Made by a program: the position numbers and the translations under genes. The notes beneath the pieces are model-generated. The model saw only the letters and a program-made list of their open reading frames with translations, had not been told where the DNA came from and made no database searches. A stretch of DNA of 61,949 nt, filler included. It is 8 parts of 8 records of this genome, joined end to end, with 100 filler letters (N's around TTAATTAATTAA, not from the genome) between each part and the next. Parts side by side here need not be neighbours in the genome. Positions count along the whole stretch, not along the records: positions 8,890 to 17,023 come from SRR31156797_39511; positions 17,124 to 22,817 come from SRR31156797_39514; 6 more parts are not named here. One strand, written 5' to 3'. Of this stretch, positions 8,890-19,120 are shown piece after piece; the first letter of the stretch is position 1; each line of letters starts with the position of its first letter.

Positions 8890-11310
8890 ATCCACTGCAA
8901 TTGGCGTTGCCTGCCCGAAGCCGGGATCGCTGTCGAAGAAATATTCGAGGTAAGCGATCTCCGGCCGGGGATCGTCAGGCAAACTTTGTTTAAGAAAAGA
9001 GCGGCTGAATGTTTGTGTCCAGGAACCATTGTTTTGCCTTGTCCTTGCATATAAGGTGTGCAATCCATTTTCCAGTGCATCAACTGGAGCTTCAAAACCG
9101 ATGGTCACATCATTACCCTCAGGGACGGGAACTGAATGACCCATACCGTAACCGGGGTCTTCATCAAAGAAATATTCGGCAGCCCAGGTAATGACAGGCG
9201 GCTGGGTGACAGAGATAAAATCTGTCTTGATCAATTCATCCAGATTTTCCCCATCAGATATGGTCATCTCAACGGAATAAATACCAGGAGTTGTAAAAGT
9301 GTGCATCGGATTTTGAAGGGTACTTGATTGTCCGTCACCAAAATCCCACAACCATGCTGTGCGGTTACCGGATGACTGGTCTGTAAACTGAACTGCGAGC
9401 GGTGTATCTCCTGTAAAAGGGTTGGCAGTAAAACCGGCCTCAAGGATGTTGACCGGCTGGGCGCATTCATGGTCCACCCATGCACTTTCCGGGCCGGGTT
9501 CAGCCTGCATGTTGTTCAGGATTGCATCAAAACCGCCGGGAGTAGAATCTCCAGCAACAGTCGATCCCGAACCTTCGTTAAAATGCCATAGCCCATAAAG
9601 CCCTGCTTCATTCCCGCTAAATTCAGTACACATATTGCTATTAATTTCTTCTTCCGTTCTCGCTACGTTCCACAGCCTCACCTCGTCCATCTCACCCTGA
9701 TATAGCAGGCTGACGGAAGAACCACGACCACCCATACTCATGGTGTTGGTTTGTGGATTGTTATCAAAACCAGCACTGCCGGCAGGAAGCCCGTTGATGA
9801 ACAGCTTACACTGGCCGGCAGTTTTTGTAAGAGCTACGTGTGTCCACATTTCCGGTTGTATTGCATGATCCACACTTTGCACATAATCCCAGTTAATGCC
9901 GGATACCTCGCCATAAAGCAGCGAGCCATCTGCATTGATCCGGAACTGAGCATTATCATTTTCACCATTAAAATAGAGAAGTTGATGAATGTTGTCAATT
10001 TCTGTGGGGTTGACCCATACCTCAAGGGTGAATTCTTCCTGAGGTAGAGCAATATTATCCACGAAAAGAAAATCGTCCTCACCATCAAAACGGATTGCCG
10101 TTTCATAAACCGGGGGCAGAACTTCAAGCGTATCCACCACAATTGCCGACCATGCACCGTTGGCATCTTTTGCACGGGAATATACCAGGTGTTCGCCTTC
10201 GGTAAGTTCAGTAAGGTCCATTTCAAAATCCAGGGAAACAACCTGAGCCGGCGGATTAATTTCTATGACGTTTCCGTTGCCGTACCCCGGCTCCTCCTCG
10301 AAGAAGTATTCATAGTGTGTGATGTCTGTAGCTTCACCCCAGAGGCCTGAAATAAAGGGTTGCACATGGCAGAGGCTCCAGATTCCGTCTTCATCGTGGC
10401 CCCGCAGCACCAGATAGTGGAATCCGGGCTCGACCTCTGAAAGATCAATATTCAGATCCAAATCAATTATCGGAGAGGGCGTTAGCTCCACGGCTATGGC
10501 ATTTCCATATCCGGGGTCATCATCCACAAAATATTCCAGGTAGGTAATATTTTGATCGGCCTTGTCCTGCATATAATTGTAGAGGAAGGATTGCACATGG
10601 GTGAGACTCCATACGCCGTCTTCATCACATGCCCGGATACAAAGAAAATGTAACCCGGGGGCGAGTGCATCAGGCTGGACCAGGAAATCCAGATCGATGA
10701 TCTGAGACGGTGTGACGGGAACGCTGATGCCATTCCCCAATCCGGGATCATCATCCACAAAATACTCAAGTTGTGCAATATTCACTTCATCCATCTGCAG
10801 GATATCCACCATGAAAGGATGGATTTTGAGAATACTCCAGGCATCTTCACCTGAGCGGGCACGAAGGTACAGGAAGTGAAAGCCGGCGTCGAGGCCTGAA
10901 AGATCAATGTTCAGCGAAACATCGACAGTCGGGGAGGGTGTTATGGAAATGGTGGTGCCATTCTCATAACCGGGATCGTCATCTATAAAATATTCGGCGT
11001 ACATAATGTCCATCTCATCCTGGCTCTGGAGCACGTCTTTTAAAACCGGCTGCACATGGCAGAAACTCCAGTTTTCGTCTTCGTCCTTTGCCCTGAGATA
11101 GAGAAAATGAAAGCCCGGTGACAATCCTTCAAGTGGAATAGTAAAATCCAGATCCACTGTTGCTGCCGGGGTAAGGGGAACAGCCGCACCCTCTTCGAGG
11201 CCCGGATCATTATCCAGGAAATACTCGGCATAGGTAATGTTTTGGCCGGAACCCGCAATCCCAAACAGCAGCATTATGAAGATTGTATTTATATATTTCA
11301 TTGTTAACAA
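8890..11310 (-). CDS. Secreted repeat protein: five EYFxDxDPG domains, LamG, PKD, then two more repeats; 3'-truncated
   Basis: Signal peptide; seven copies of [AL/HY]EYFxD/ExD/EPG; LamG-like WTHVA...MDEVRLW; PKD WLWDFGDG...NPMHTF. Confidence 0.85.
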
Positions 11311-11534
11311 GAGTTTAGATGATAGAGGTTAGAAGTTAGAAATTAGTCACTTGTCGTGTAAGCCATTTTGTGGTGCTGGAATTTCAGCCAGCCGGCTGAT
11401 GATTCCAGGTCAGGCTCCTGATTTTCAATCGGTCGCACAAAGGCGAACATTGAAACATCAAAATATCCCGACACCTGACTTTAGGCTTAACAACAGAAGA
11501 CAAATAACTAATAACCATTAACATATAACCAAAA

Positions 11535-12566
11535 TTAGTTCTGTGATTTGATTTTCACATTCACAGGCAGTCCGTTGTTGGAAGTTCCCGAGATCGGGAT
11601 GCTGGTCTGGAAGATGTGCGGTACGGGTGGCAGGCCGGAAAGAATGTATGGACTATCCCCGCCAAAAGCACCACAATCTACGCCGAATTCTCCGTAACCA
11701 ATGGCTGGGGAGCCTTCCTTCAGGAAGTATTTGGATTCGGGACCTCCGACATTTACAATCACCTCTTCGATGTTGGCTTTCCAGAGGTTGTTGGGATAGA
11801 TGGCCACAGAATCCTGGTTACAAAGGTTGTATTCGATGGTATTGTTGAGGGACTCATCACAACTAATTGCGTAATTACTAGTATTTTCAGGATACCGGAA
11901 TATTACGTTATTTTTAATTGTTGAATTGTATATTGATACAGTTGGATATCCTGAATTATAATAATAATGATAAACCGAATTATTCCGGAATTCAATTGCA
12001 CCATATTCATTTAATGTAACCCGGCCAACAATAATATTATTCATAATAACCGCTGTGAAGTAATAATTAGTATAACTATTATAACCATTGTCAATTGAAG
12101 TTAGATAATTTTGGCTTACAATGATATTCCCGGCTTCATTTGTGCGGGCCAGGGTCAAAAAATTATTAACCCTGTTCCTTGAAATTACTACATTACTGGC
12201 ATTAACTGTAAGCTGGTTTGTAATCCAAACACCCATCATCACACTGCCGGCTGATTCAGGTTCGAAAGTGACATTGGGCAACATGGTGTTGGATTTATTG
12301 GCCTGGGTGGAGTCGTTGGATGCCAGGAAATAACCGGGGCCTAAGAGTGTAAGTTGTTTGCTGATTTCGATATTATTATCGTAGGGAATCCCTGAGTTTT
12401 CGATATAGATAATATCGCCGGCATCGGCTGAATCCACGGCGGCCTGAACGGAGATAAAATCGGCACTCACGCCAGGGGTATTGTTCACCCGCCAGCGCGT
12501 CTGGCTGTTTACTGTTAAAACGAATAGCAGTAAAACGATGGTTATGATTGTTGTTTGTGTTTTCAT
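11535..12566 (-). CDS. Secreted right-handed beta-helix-like protein (paralog 2)
   Basis: Signal peptide, WRVNN..ADF, GPGYFL, Asn-rich coils and C-terminal GAFGG..PYILSGL..KIKSQN. Confidence 0.75.
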   Translation of the reverse strand: MKTQTTIITIVLLLFVLTVNSQTRWRVNNTPGVSADFISVQAAVDSADAGDIIYIENSGIPYDNNIEISKQLTLLGPGYFLASNDSTQANKSNTMLPNVTFEPESAGSVMMGVWITNQLTVNASNVVISRNRVNNFLTLARTNEAGNIIVSQNYLTSIDNGYNSYTNYYFTAVIMNNIIVGRVTLNEYGAIEFRNNSVYHYYYNSGYPTVSIYNSTIKNNVIFRYPENTSNYAISCDESLNNTIEYNLCNQDSVAIYPNNLWKANIEEVIVNVGGPESKYFLKEGSPAIGYGEFGVDCGAFGGDSPYILSGLPPVPHIFQTSIPISGTSNNGLPVNVKIKSQN

Positions 12567-12601
12567 TATATTTAAGTTTATGATGTTAGAAATTCTGTTT
12601 T

Positions 12602-12742
12602 TTAGACCCCCTCTAACTCCCCCTGTAGGGGGAGAACCGCCACCGCTTCGGCCACCGTGCTAACTCCTGTGTTAACCACTGTGCTTGCCTGTGCGGGGGA
12701 ACTCCCTTCCCCTCAAGGGGAAGGGCTGGGGATGGGGTCTAA
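12602..12742. mobile_element. MITE/REPIN-like element with 9-bp terminal inverted repeats
   Basis: TTAGACCCC...GGGGTCTAA ends, with internal GC hairpins CTCCCCCTGTAGGGGGAG and CCCTTCCCCTCAAGGGGAAGGG. Confidence 0.6.
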
Positions 12743-13740
12743 TTTTGTGATTTTACTTTGATGGTTACCGGCAGGCCACTGGCTGCCGAGCCGGAAACGG
12801 GCACAATGGCTTCATAGATGTGCGGCACAGGTGCCAGCCCCGAAAGGATGTAAGGAGATGTTCCGCCGAAGATTCCGCAATCCGCACCACCTTCACCATA
12901 GCCAATGGCGATAGAGCCTTCCTTGAGCTGCCATTTGCCGTCCGAGCTATAGCCGAGGGATCCGTCGTAATCCACAAAAACATCATTGGGGTCGATATTA
13001 CCAATGTTTCCTACTCCGGGGGGTACGCCCCACTTCAGGAAATCAGCAATGTTATATTCCCATATGTTGTTTCCACCGTCATAGTAGCCACCAAAAACCT
13101 GACTGTTGGAAGTGTTGATATTATTTTTTACAACAGAGTTATAAGCAGAAATGGATTTCCCCACCACATTGTTGTAAATAATGGCCGATTGATTCGAGCC
13201 TACACTGATATCCGTCCTCACATAATTGTTGGAGATGATCATACCATTGGCTGATTTGTTTCCCCCAATGATATTGGATAAAAAGTTTTGGGTAATTACC
13301 ACATCCACAATATCATTACTACTTGCAAAAGCACAATCAATATTTTGATTATTTACCATCCAGTTTCTGGAAAAAACAATATTACTGGCATCTATCACCA
13401 CCCAGTCGTAGAATTCCAAGCCATAAATCCTGCTACCGGATGCAGCAGCATCTGCAGTAAACTCCCAAATTTGTGCAGGAGATTGGTTGGCCTGCGTTGA
13501 ATCATTTTCTGTGAGGAAATACCCCGGGCCGATGAGCACCAGGGATTTGTTGAGGATTACATCGCCATAGTTGTACTGCGTACCTTCGATGTATAAGGTA
13601 TCGCCTTCGGATGCAGCATCAATCGCAGTAGTGATGTCGCTAAAATCGGCATCGATGGCCGGGTTGTTGTTCACACGCCAGCTTGTCGCGTTAGCGGCTA
13701 AAAAGCCAAAACAAATTAAAATTACTGTAAACTTTTTCAT
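12739..13740 (-). CDS. Secreted right-handed beta-helix-like protein (paralog 1)
   Basis: Same motifs as 11535-12566: WRVNN, GPGYFL..NDSTQAN, LKEGS.AIGYGE and KVKSQN. Confidence 0.75.
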   Translation of the reverse strand: MKKFTVILICFGFLAANATSWRVNNNPAIDADFSDITTAIDAASEGDTLYIEGTQYNYGDVILNKSLVLIGPGYFLTENDSTQANQSPAQIWEFTADAAASGSRIYGLEFYDWVVIDASNIVFSRNWMVNNQNIDCAFASSNDIVDVVITQNFLSNIIGGNKSANGMIISNNYVRTDISVGSNQSAIIYNNVVGKSISAYNSVVKNNINTSNSQVFGGYYDGGNNIWEYNIADFLKWGVPPGVGNIGNIDPNDVFVDYDGSLGYSSDGKWQLKEGSIAIGYGEGGADCGIFGGTSPYILSGLAPVPHIYEAIVPVSGSAASGLPVTIKVKSQN

Positions 13741-13786
13741 GTCGTTTCATTTTTGATGATTAAATACTTTTCACTGATAATGGAAT

Positions 13787-13836
13787 CAAATGTAGGGGTG
13801 CGCAACCCTAAAAAACAAACTTTTGACGTATGGATT
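13787..13836 (-). promoter_or_regulatory. Bacteroidota -7 promoter element with upstream candidate activator site
   Basis: Minus strand reads AATCCATACGT-N29-CCTACATTTG (TAnnTTTG). Confidence 0.6.
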
Positions 13837-14097
13837 TAAGAATTTAAACACCCCTAAAATGTTGAATTACAGCTATTAAATGCTGTTTTATGAAGATGGC
13901 CGACTGTTGGTGTAATTCGGTGAAAAAAAACTGTAAATCCCAATAAATCCGAAAAATGACTGAATCATTTCAAGAGAGTTAAGGCTTGTCAAAGTTTTCT
14001 TTAGAGGGTTTTCTCTGAAACAACTTTTTTGAAATATCAGAACGTACTTCAATTTAAAACCTAACCAGCATTTAACCGGATTTTGTAAATTTGCCCT

Positions 14098-16146
14098 ATG
14101 ACCAAAAGTGTTGGTTATTTTTGTGCAAATATGTTTCTGGCATTTCACTTTTTAATTATTATGCAGACTGTTGTGTTTGCTAACGATGATAATTTTGCCC
14201 AAAAACAAGATAGTCTGCTCACCCTCCTTGAAATCAGTCCGGACAGGGTAAAGTCAAAAATTTTTAATGAGCTGAGCGACCTGGCTTTTGAAAAAGACAC
14301 CTCAGAGGCAAAGGTTTATACTTTACAAGCTTTGAATTATGCAAATAAGTATCAGGCTCCATTCGATCTAGCACAAAGTCATTACCAGCTGGGAAGGATT
14401 CTGTTTTATCAGGATTCACTTGAACCGGCATTTTCTCACATTAAAAAATCACTGGCCGTTTCTAATTTAAATGAGGATGATGAGGAAACGGGGCATTCAT
14501 ATATGAATCTTACAGGGAAATCCCTGTACTACAAGGCAAGTATTTATCATCAATTATACAAGGACAGTGCAAAGGTGATTCTTGATGATTTGTTGAGTGC
14601 GCTTGAAAAACCGTACGGACCAGATGATTATAAAATGCTGGCAGACATCAACCATTTGCTTGGGCGACAATATATTGAGGTTAGTGTTATTGATAAGGGG
14701 CTCCAATATGTGAAAAAAGCAATTGAATATTACCAGATGATTGGCGATAAACATACCATGGCGTTCCTATATGGGAAAATGTCTTATGAGGTTGAACAGC
14801 TTACTTCTGTGGAATATCAGCAAAAGGCTATTCAGCTATATGCCGAAACAGGTGATTCGATGGGTATGTATCGTTTTTTGGTTAATATTGCTCATAGTAC
14901 ACGACATATACTGGATTCAGCCACCAACCTTTCATATCTCCAAAAGGCTTATCGCATTTGTGAAGCAAACAAAAATTATGAAGGTATGGTATATACTCTA
15001 TTTCACTATTCAACTTATTATAAGCATATTTTACACGATACATTAATGCAACTAAAATATTTATACCAGGCTGTTGGTATTGCTCAAAAGTACGAGGTCA
15101 TCTCTGGCGCCGGTCATGTATATATCGAACTTGGATGGCATTTTAGAGACTTGCAAATGTATGATTCTGCAGCTTACTATTTGCTCCTGGCTGATTCTAT
15201 CACTGCTTTTAAACCGTATAAAGCTGAAAGAATCAGGTATCTTGCTGAAATGGGGGATTACTATTTTGAAATTGGAGAATCTGATAAAGCCAAGGAGCTA
15301 TTGAAAGAATCGCTAATGCTGGCACAAAAAAATAAAGACCATCAATTGGTTCGCATTGCCAGCAGTGTACTATATAAATTTTATTATAAAAACGGTGATT
15401 ACAAGAATGCACTGTTCTATTATAAGAAACTCAAAAAATTACACGATTCGGTTGCAAATGATGATAAACAGCGTGCTCTGGTTGATATGCAAATCCGCTA
15501 TGAGACTGATAAAATGGAACATGAAATTGAGATCATGAAAAAAGATCAGGAACTCAAGAACCAACAATTGAAAAAACGTGAAATCACGATAGCAGCAATT
15601 TCTTCAGTATTGATATTGATTCTGATATTTTCCGGATTCATCGTTTGGCAACTGATCATGAAGCGCCGGGCGTACAACAAGCTCATGGAAAAAAACCTCC
15701 AGCTTATAAAATGCGAGCAGGGCGGATCGGAGAAAAAAGTTGATAGGAAAAATAACTTACCATCAATTGATCCTGTGCTACGGGAACAAATACTAAAAAA
15801 GCTCAAATATCAGATCAAACAAAAAAAGATTTATTTGAAAGATGACCTAACACTAAACGCATTGGCTAAAAAATGCCAGACCAACTCTTCATATTTGTCC
15901 AAAATCATCCATCATAAATATGATACCAATTTTAGTGGTTTCATCAATGAACTGCGGATAAAAGAGGCACAAAAACTGATGGCGGATGAAAATTACCAGT
16001 CCTATTCCATCGAAGGGATTGCTGCTTCAGTAGGGTTCAAAACCAAATCTGTTTTTAACACTTCCTTTAAAAAATTTACCGGAGTTACACCTTCCTACTA
16101 TCTCGAATACCTGAACAAAAGCCAGGTTTCCACACATGCAAATTAA
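14098..16146 (+). CDS. TPR-repeat sensor, transmembrane helix and C-terminal AraC-type HTH regulator
   Basis: TPR-like helices, TM ITIAAISSVLILILIFSGFIVW, and AraC motif SIEGIAASVGFKTKSVFNTSFKKFTGVTPS. The exact start is uncertain. Confidence 0.9.
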   Translation: MTKSVGYFCANMFLAFHFLIIMQTVVFANDDNFAQKQDSLLTLLEISPDRVKSKIFNELSDLAFEKDTSEAKVYTLQALNYANKYQAPFDLAQSHYQLGRILFYQDSLEPAFSHIKKSLAVSNLNEDDEETGHSYMNLTGKSLYYKASIYHQLYKDSAKVILDDLLSALEKPYGPDDYKMLADINHLLGRQYIEVSVIDKGLQYVKKAIEYYQMIGDKHTMAFLYGKMSYEVEQLTSVEYQQKAIQLYAETGDSMGMYRFLVNIAHSTRHILDSATNLSYLQKAYRICEANKNYEGMVYTLFHYSTYYKHILHDTLMQLKYLYQAVGIAQKYEVISGAGHVYIELGWHFRDLQMYDSAAYYLLLADSITAFKPYKAERIRYLAEMGDYYFEIGESDKAKELLKESLMLAQKNKDHQLVRIASSVLYKFYYKNGDYKNALFYYKKLKKLHDSVANDDKQRALVDMQIRYETDKMEHEIEIMKKDQELKNQQLKKREITIAAISSVLILILIFSGFIVWQLIMKRRAYNKLMEKNLQLIKCEQGGSEKKVDRKNNLPSIDPVLREQILKKLKYQIKQKKIYLKDDLTLNALAKKCQTNSSYLSKIIHHKYDTNFSGFINELRIKEAQKLMADENYQSYSIEGIAASVGFKTKSVFNTSFKKFTGVTPSYYLEYLNKSQVSTHAN

Positions 16147-16205
16147 TTCGGCATATTTATCGTAAGCAACACAAATACAGCAATTTGTGTGTGTATGTAT
16201 TTATG

Positions 16206-16254
16206 AATCCAAACGTACATTTTTTGCAATGCGGAAATTCCTGACCTACTTTTG
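16206..16254 (+). promoter_or_regulatory. Bacteroidota -7 promoter element with upstream candidate activator site
   Basis: AATCCAAACGT-N28-CCTACTTTTG, the same layout as 13787-13836. Confidence 0.6.
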
Positions 16255-16279
16255 AAAACAATTCAGGTAATAGATTGCC

Positions 16280-16891
16280 ATGACTAGGGCCATAAAAAAT
16301 AGCTGCTTTTTAATGTTGATGATAAATTTCATGTTATCCTGCGAATCATTGCATGATCGTGATGCTTTTGATATTGACAACATTATCGCGAAAGCCTCAG
16401 CTTACAATATGGAAATTGCAGCACTGGAAAAGAAAGCTGATGAAAGTGTTGATATAGCTTCTGCATATAGATTTGCTACAATGGCCAAAAATCTTAAAAA
16501 GGATGGAAATAAAAAAATCCACGAAATTTTCGAACTGCTGCCTGAACCGGTTACTTTCAAAGTAGAACAGGATTTGAAAAAACAGATATTCACCATATCA
16601 AACCTTGAAATAACATCAATGGATTTATCAGCTATATCAATGGAGGCCTTGATAAAAGTTTCAAATCCTGACAGTATTCACTCCATCAAAATACACCTGT
16701 GTGGCATTGATAAAACCGGAACACAATTGAAGCCTTGCTTCTACCTGAATGGTTTTACCGGTGATGAACACAAAACCGAGATACCGGTTTCAGGGAAATT
16801 ACAAAATTCGGAAAAATTTACCGGGCTGGTAAAATTCAGGGTGGTCGGAGTTGAAACCTCCGGTAGCTATCAGTTTCCCAATCCGCAATAA
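16280..16891 (+). CDS. Hypothetical lipoprotein
   Basis: Hydrophobic N-terminus ending MLSC; has its own promoter and terminator. Confidence 0.6.
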   Translation: MTRAIKNSCFLMLMINFMLSCESLHDRDAFDIDNIIAKASAYNMEIAALEKKADESVDIASAYRFATMAKNLKKDGNKKIHEIFELLPEPVTFKVEQDLKKQIFTISNLEITSMDLSAISMEALIKVSNPDSIHSIKIHLCGIDKTGTQLKPCFYLNGFTGDEHKTEIPVSGKLQNSEKFTGLVKFRVVGVETSGSYQFPNPQ

Positions 16892-16925
16892 AAAAGCCCC
16901 CTCCGCTTACAGCGAAAGGGGCTTT
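16892..16925. terminator. Intrinsic terminator between convergent genes
   Basis: AAAGCCCC...GGGGCTTT stem flanked by A and T runs. Confidence 0.7.
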
Positions 16926-16993
16926 GGCCAGTTAAGCAACCGATGAATCATGGCATAACTGCTATTATTCATCGGATGACTACACTGGTTGGC

Positions 16994-17023
16994 TTACTGC
17001 AACACCAGCTTACTGACCGTTTG
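16994..17023 (-). CDS. C-terminal end of a gene (QTVSKLVLQ*), T9SS-sorting-like tail
   Basis: Only 9 codons plus TAA are visible; KLVxQ ending is typical of T9SS CTDs. Confidence 0.4.
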   Translation of the reverse strand, partial: QTVSKLVLQ

Positions 17024-17123
17024 NNNNNNNNNNNNNNNNNNNNNNNNNNNNNNNNNNNNNNNNNNNNTTAATTAATTAANNNNNNNNNNNNNNNNNNNNN
17101 NNNNNNNNNNNNNNNNNNNNNNN
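17024..17123. other. Artificial contig linker
   Basis: N44-TTAATTAATTAA-N44. Confidence 0.98.
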
Positions 17124-17252
17124 AAGCCGGGATCAGGTCTGGGGCTGAGCATCGCCCGGCACATGCTTCGGGATTTAGGCGGCGATATCGTCATGGACAC
17201 GTCACTTCCCAAGGGCGCAGGATTTATAATAAGGATACCGATCAATGAATAA
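17124..17252 (+). CDS. Sensor histidine kinase, C-terminal fragment
   Basis: KPGSGLGLSIARHMLRDLGGDI (G2 box); overlaps the response-regulator start. Confidence 0.85.
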   Translation, partial: KPGSGLGLSIARHMLRDLGGDIVMDTSLPKGAGFIIRIPINE

Positions 17253-17955
17253 TACAAGCATACTTGTGGCAGAGGACGACATCCATATCCGGACCGGTTT
17301 AACAGACACCCTGGAAAGCGAAGGGTATCAGGTCATTGAGGCGGACGACGGCAATGAAGCCCTGAACGCCTTTGAGCAGGAAACCCCGGACCTGGTGCTT
17401 TTGGACGTGATGATGCCGGGCAGAAACGGTTATGACGTGTGCCGGGCCATACGGACACAGGATGCCCTGGTACCGGTAATTATGCTCACGGCCAAAGGGG
17501 AAGAAATAGACAAGGTGGTGGGCCTGAAACTGGGTGCAGACGATTACATTACCAAACCATTTGGGATTCACGAACTTCTGGCAAGAATTGATGCAGTGCT
17601 GCGCCGGGCCAAAAGATTCAAAAACCCCGCACCAGATGATAAAGGCAAAGCCCCTTTTGCCTTTGCCGGCTTCACGGTTGACCCCAAACGGCTTAAAATT
17701 GCAGGCACCAACAAAAACGTTGATTTATCAACAAGGGAAATTGATCTGCTTAGACTCTTTGCCGGACACCCTGGTGAAGTCCTGGACCGGAACACCATTT
17801 TAAACCGTATCTGGGGTATGGAATATGGGGGAACAACCCGGACCCTTGACCAGCATATCGCCGTTTTAAGAAAAAAAATTGAACAAAACCCTGCAACCCC
17901 CAAAATCATTACCACCGTTCATGGTGTGGGATACAGGTTTGAATCAGATGAATAG
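17245..17955 (+). CDS. OmpR-family response regulator
   Basis: EDD, LDVMMPG, LTAK, GADDYITKPF, and winged-helix TVHGVGYRF. Confidence 0.95.
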   Translation: MNNTSILVAEDDIHIRTGLTDTLESEGYQVIEADDGNEALNAFEQETPDLVLLDVMMPGRNGYDVCRAIRTQDALVPVIMLTAKGEEIDKVVGLKLGADDYITKPFGIHELLARIDAVLRRAKRFKNPAPDDKGKAPFAFAGFTVDPKRLKIAGTNKNVDLSTREIDLLRLFAGHPGEVLDRNTILNRIWGMEYGGTTRTLDQHIAVLRKKIEQNPATPKIITTVHGVGYRFESDE

Positions 17956-18090
17956 ATAGTGCCTAACCTGGAAAAGCCGGAACCAAAAAGGTTTTGTTCA
18001 TAATCCAATCGCAGTATAATAAAATACATAAGCAATTTTTCGCAAAGCAGCTGGAAAAGACTTTCATTAATCGAATTCAGGAGACATCCT

Positions 18091-19119
18091 ATGAATGTGT
18101 ATTTTATCAGCGAACAGAATTTTTCCCAATTTCTGTCCGGAATGATTGAATCGGAGCACGTGGTGGGTCCGACGGCTAAGCAGAATAAATTTATTTTCAA
18201 TAAACTGGAAACAGTTGATGAACTCAGGCTGGATTATGACGTGACGCTTTTACCACCCAAAAAGGAAATTTTTCCTGTTAAACAGGCCCTGGTAAGATTT
18301 GATGATAATAAATATGAAGGATGTGTTAATCCTCAGAAGAAGATTCTTTTCGGTGTGCATTTTTATGATGCTAAAGCCATAGATCAGCTGGACACCGTAT
18401 TTGCACACAGGAACAAAGATATTAATTACCTGGCAAATCGGAATGCGATTACACTAGTGATATCCAATATTCAGAATGTTGCTCCGCGTGCTGCATGGGA
18501 GACTGTCGGGAAAGAAGTTCAGCCAAAGGGGCATGATGCCTGGCTTACTAAGCTGGAAAACGGATATGTATTTGAAATTTTTACTGACAAAGGCGAAGCT
18601 TTAATGAAATTTGGCTCATTTGAATCTGCAAGTGAGATTCAAGTCGCAGAGGCCAGGAAGCTTAACGAAAAGATTAAAGAGCAGTGTCCGGAAAGTCTTG
18701 AGCACAGCTCTGAGAAGATTGCTGAAAAGGTGAGAGAGTACTTCAACAAATCAGAATTCTGGGACGCTCAGGCCAGTACGTGTTTTTCCTGTGGAACATG
18801 CAATATTGTTTGCCCCACCTGTTATTGTTTTGACGTTCAGGACAAATGGAATCTTGATCAAAGAAGTGGTGTTCGATTCAGAGTCTGGGATGCATGTTTA
18901 ACTAAAGACTTTTCTACAATTTCATTAGGTGGCGGAACTGAGAAAAATTTTCGGGCTACTCGTGGAGAAAGATTCAGGCATCGTATCATGCGGAAGACGT
19001 CTTACTTAAATAATGTACTGGGTGGACCTGCATGTGTGGGGTGCGGGCGGTGTTCGACCCAGTGCACGGCTGATATAGCAGATCCGGTTCAAGTCGTTAA
19101 TAAAATTATGGAGGACTGA
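18091..19119 (+). CDS. hydB: Group 3b [NiFe]-hydrogenase (sulfhydrogenase) Fe-S beta subunit
   Basis: CFSCGTCNIVCPTCYCF and CVGCGRCSTQC motifs; first gene of the operon. Confidence 0.88.
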   Translation: MNVYFISEQNFSQFLSGMIESEHVVGPTAKQNKFIFNKLETVDELRLDYDVTLLPPKKEIFPVKQALVRFDDNKYEGCVNPQKKILFGVHFYDAKAIDQLDTVFAHRNKDINYLANRNAITLVISNIQNVAPRAAWETVGKEVQPKGHDAWLTKLENGYVFEIFTDKGEALMKFGSFESASEIQVAEARKLNEKIKEQCPESLEHSSEKIAEKVREYFNKSEFWDAQASTCFSCGTCNIVCPTCYCFDVQDKWNLDQRSGVRFRVWDACLTKDFSTISLGGGTEKNFRATRGERFRHRIMRKTSYLNNVLGGPACVGCGRCSTQCTADIADPVQVVNKIMED

Positions 19120-19120
19120 T

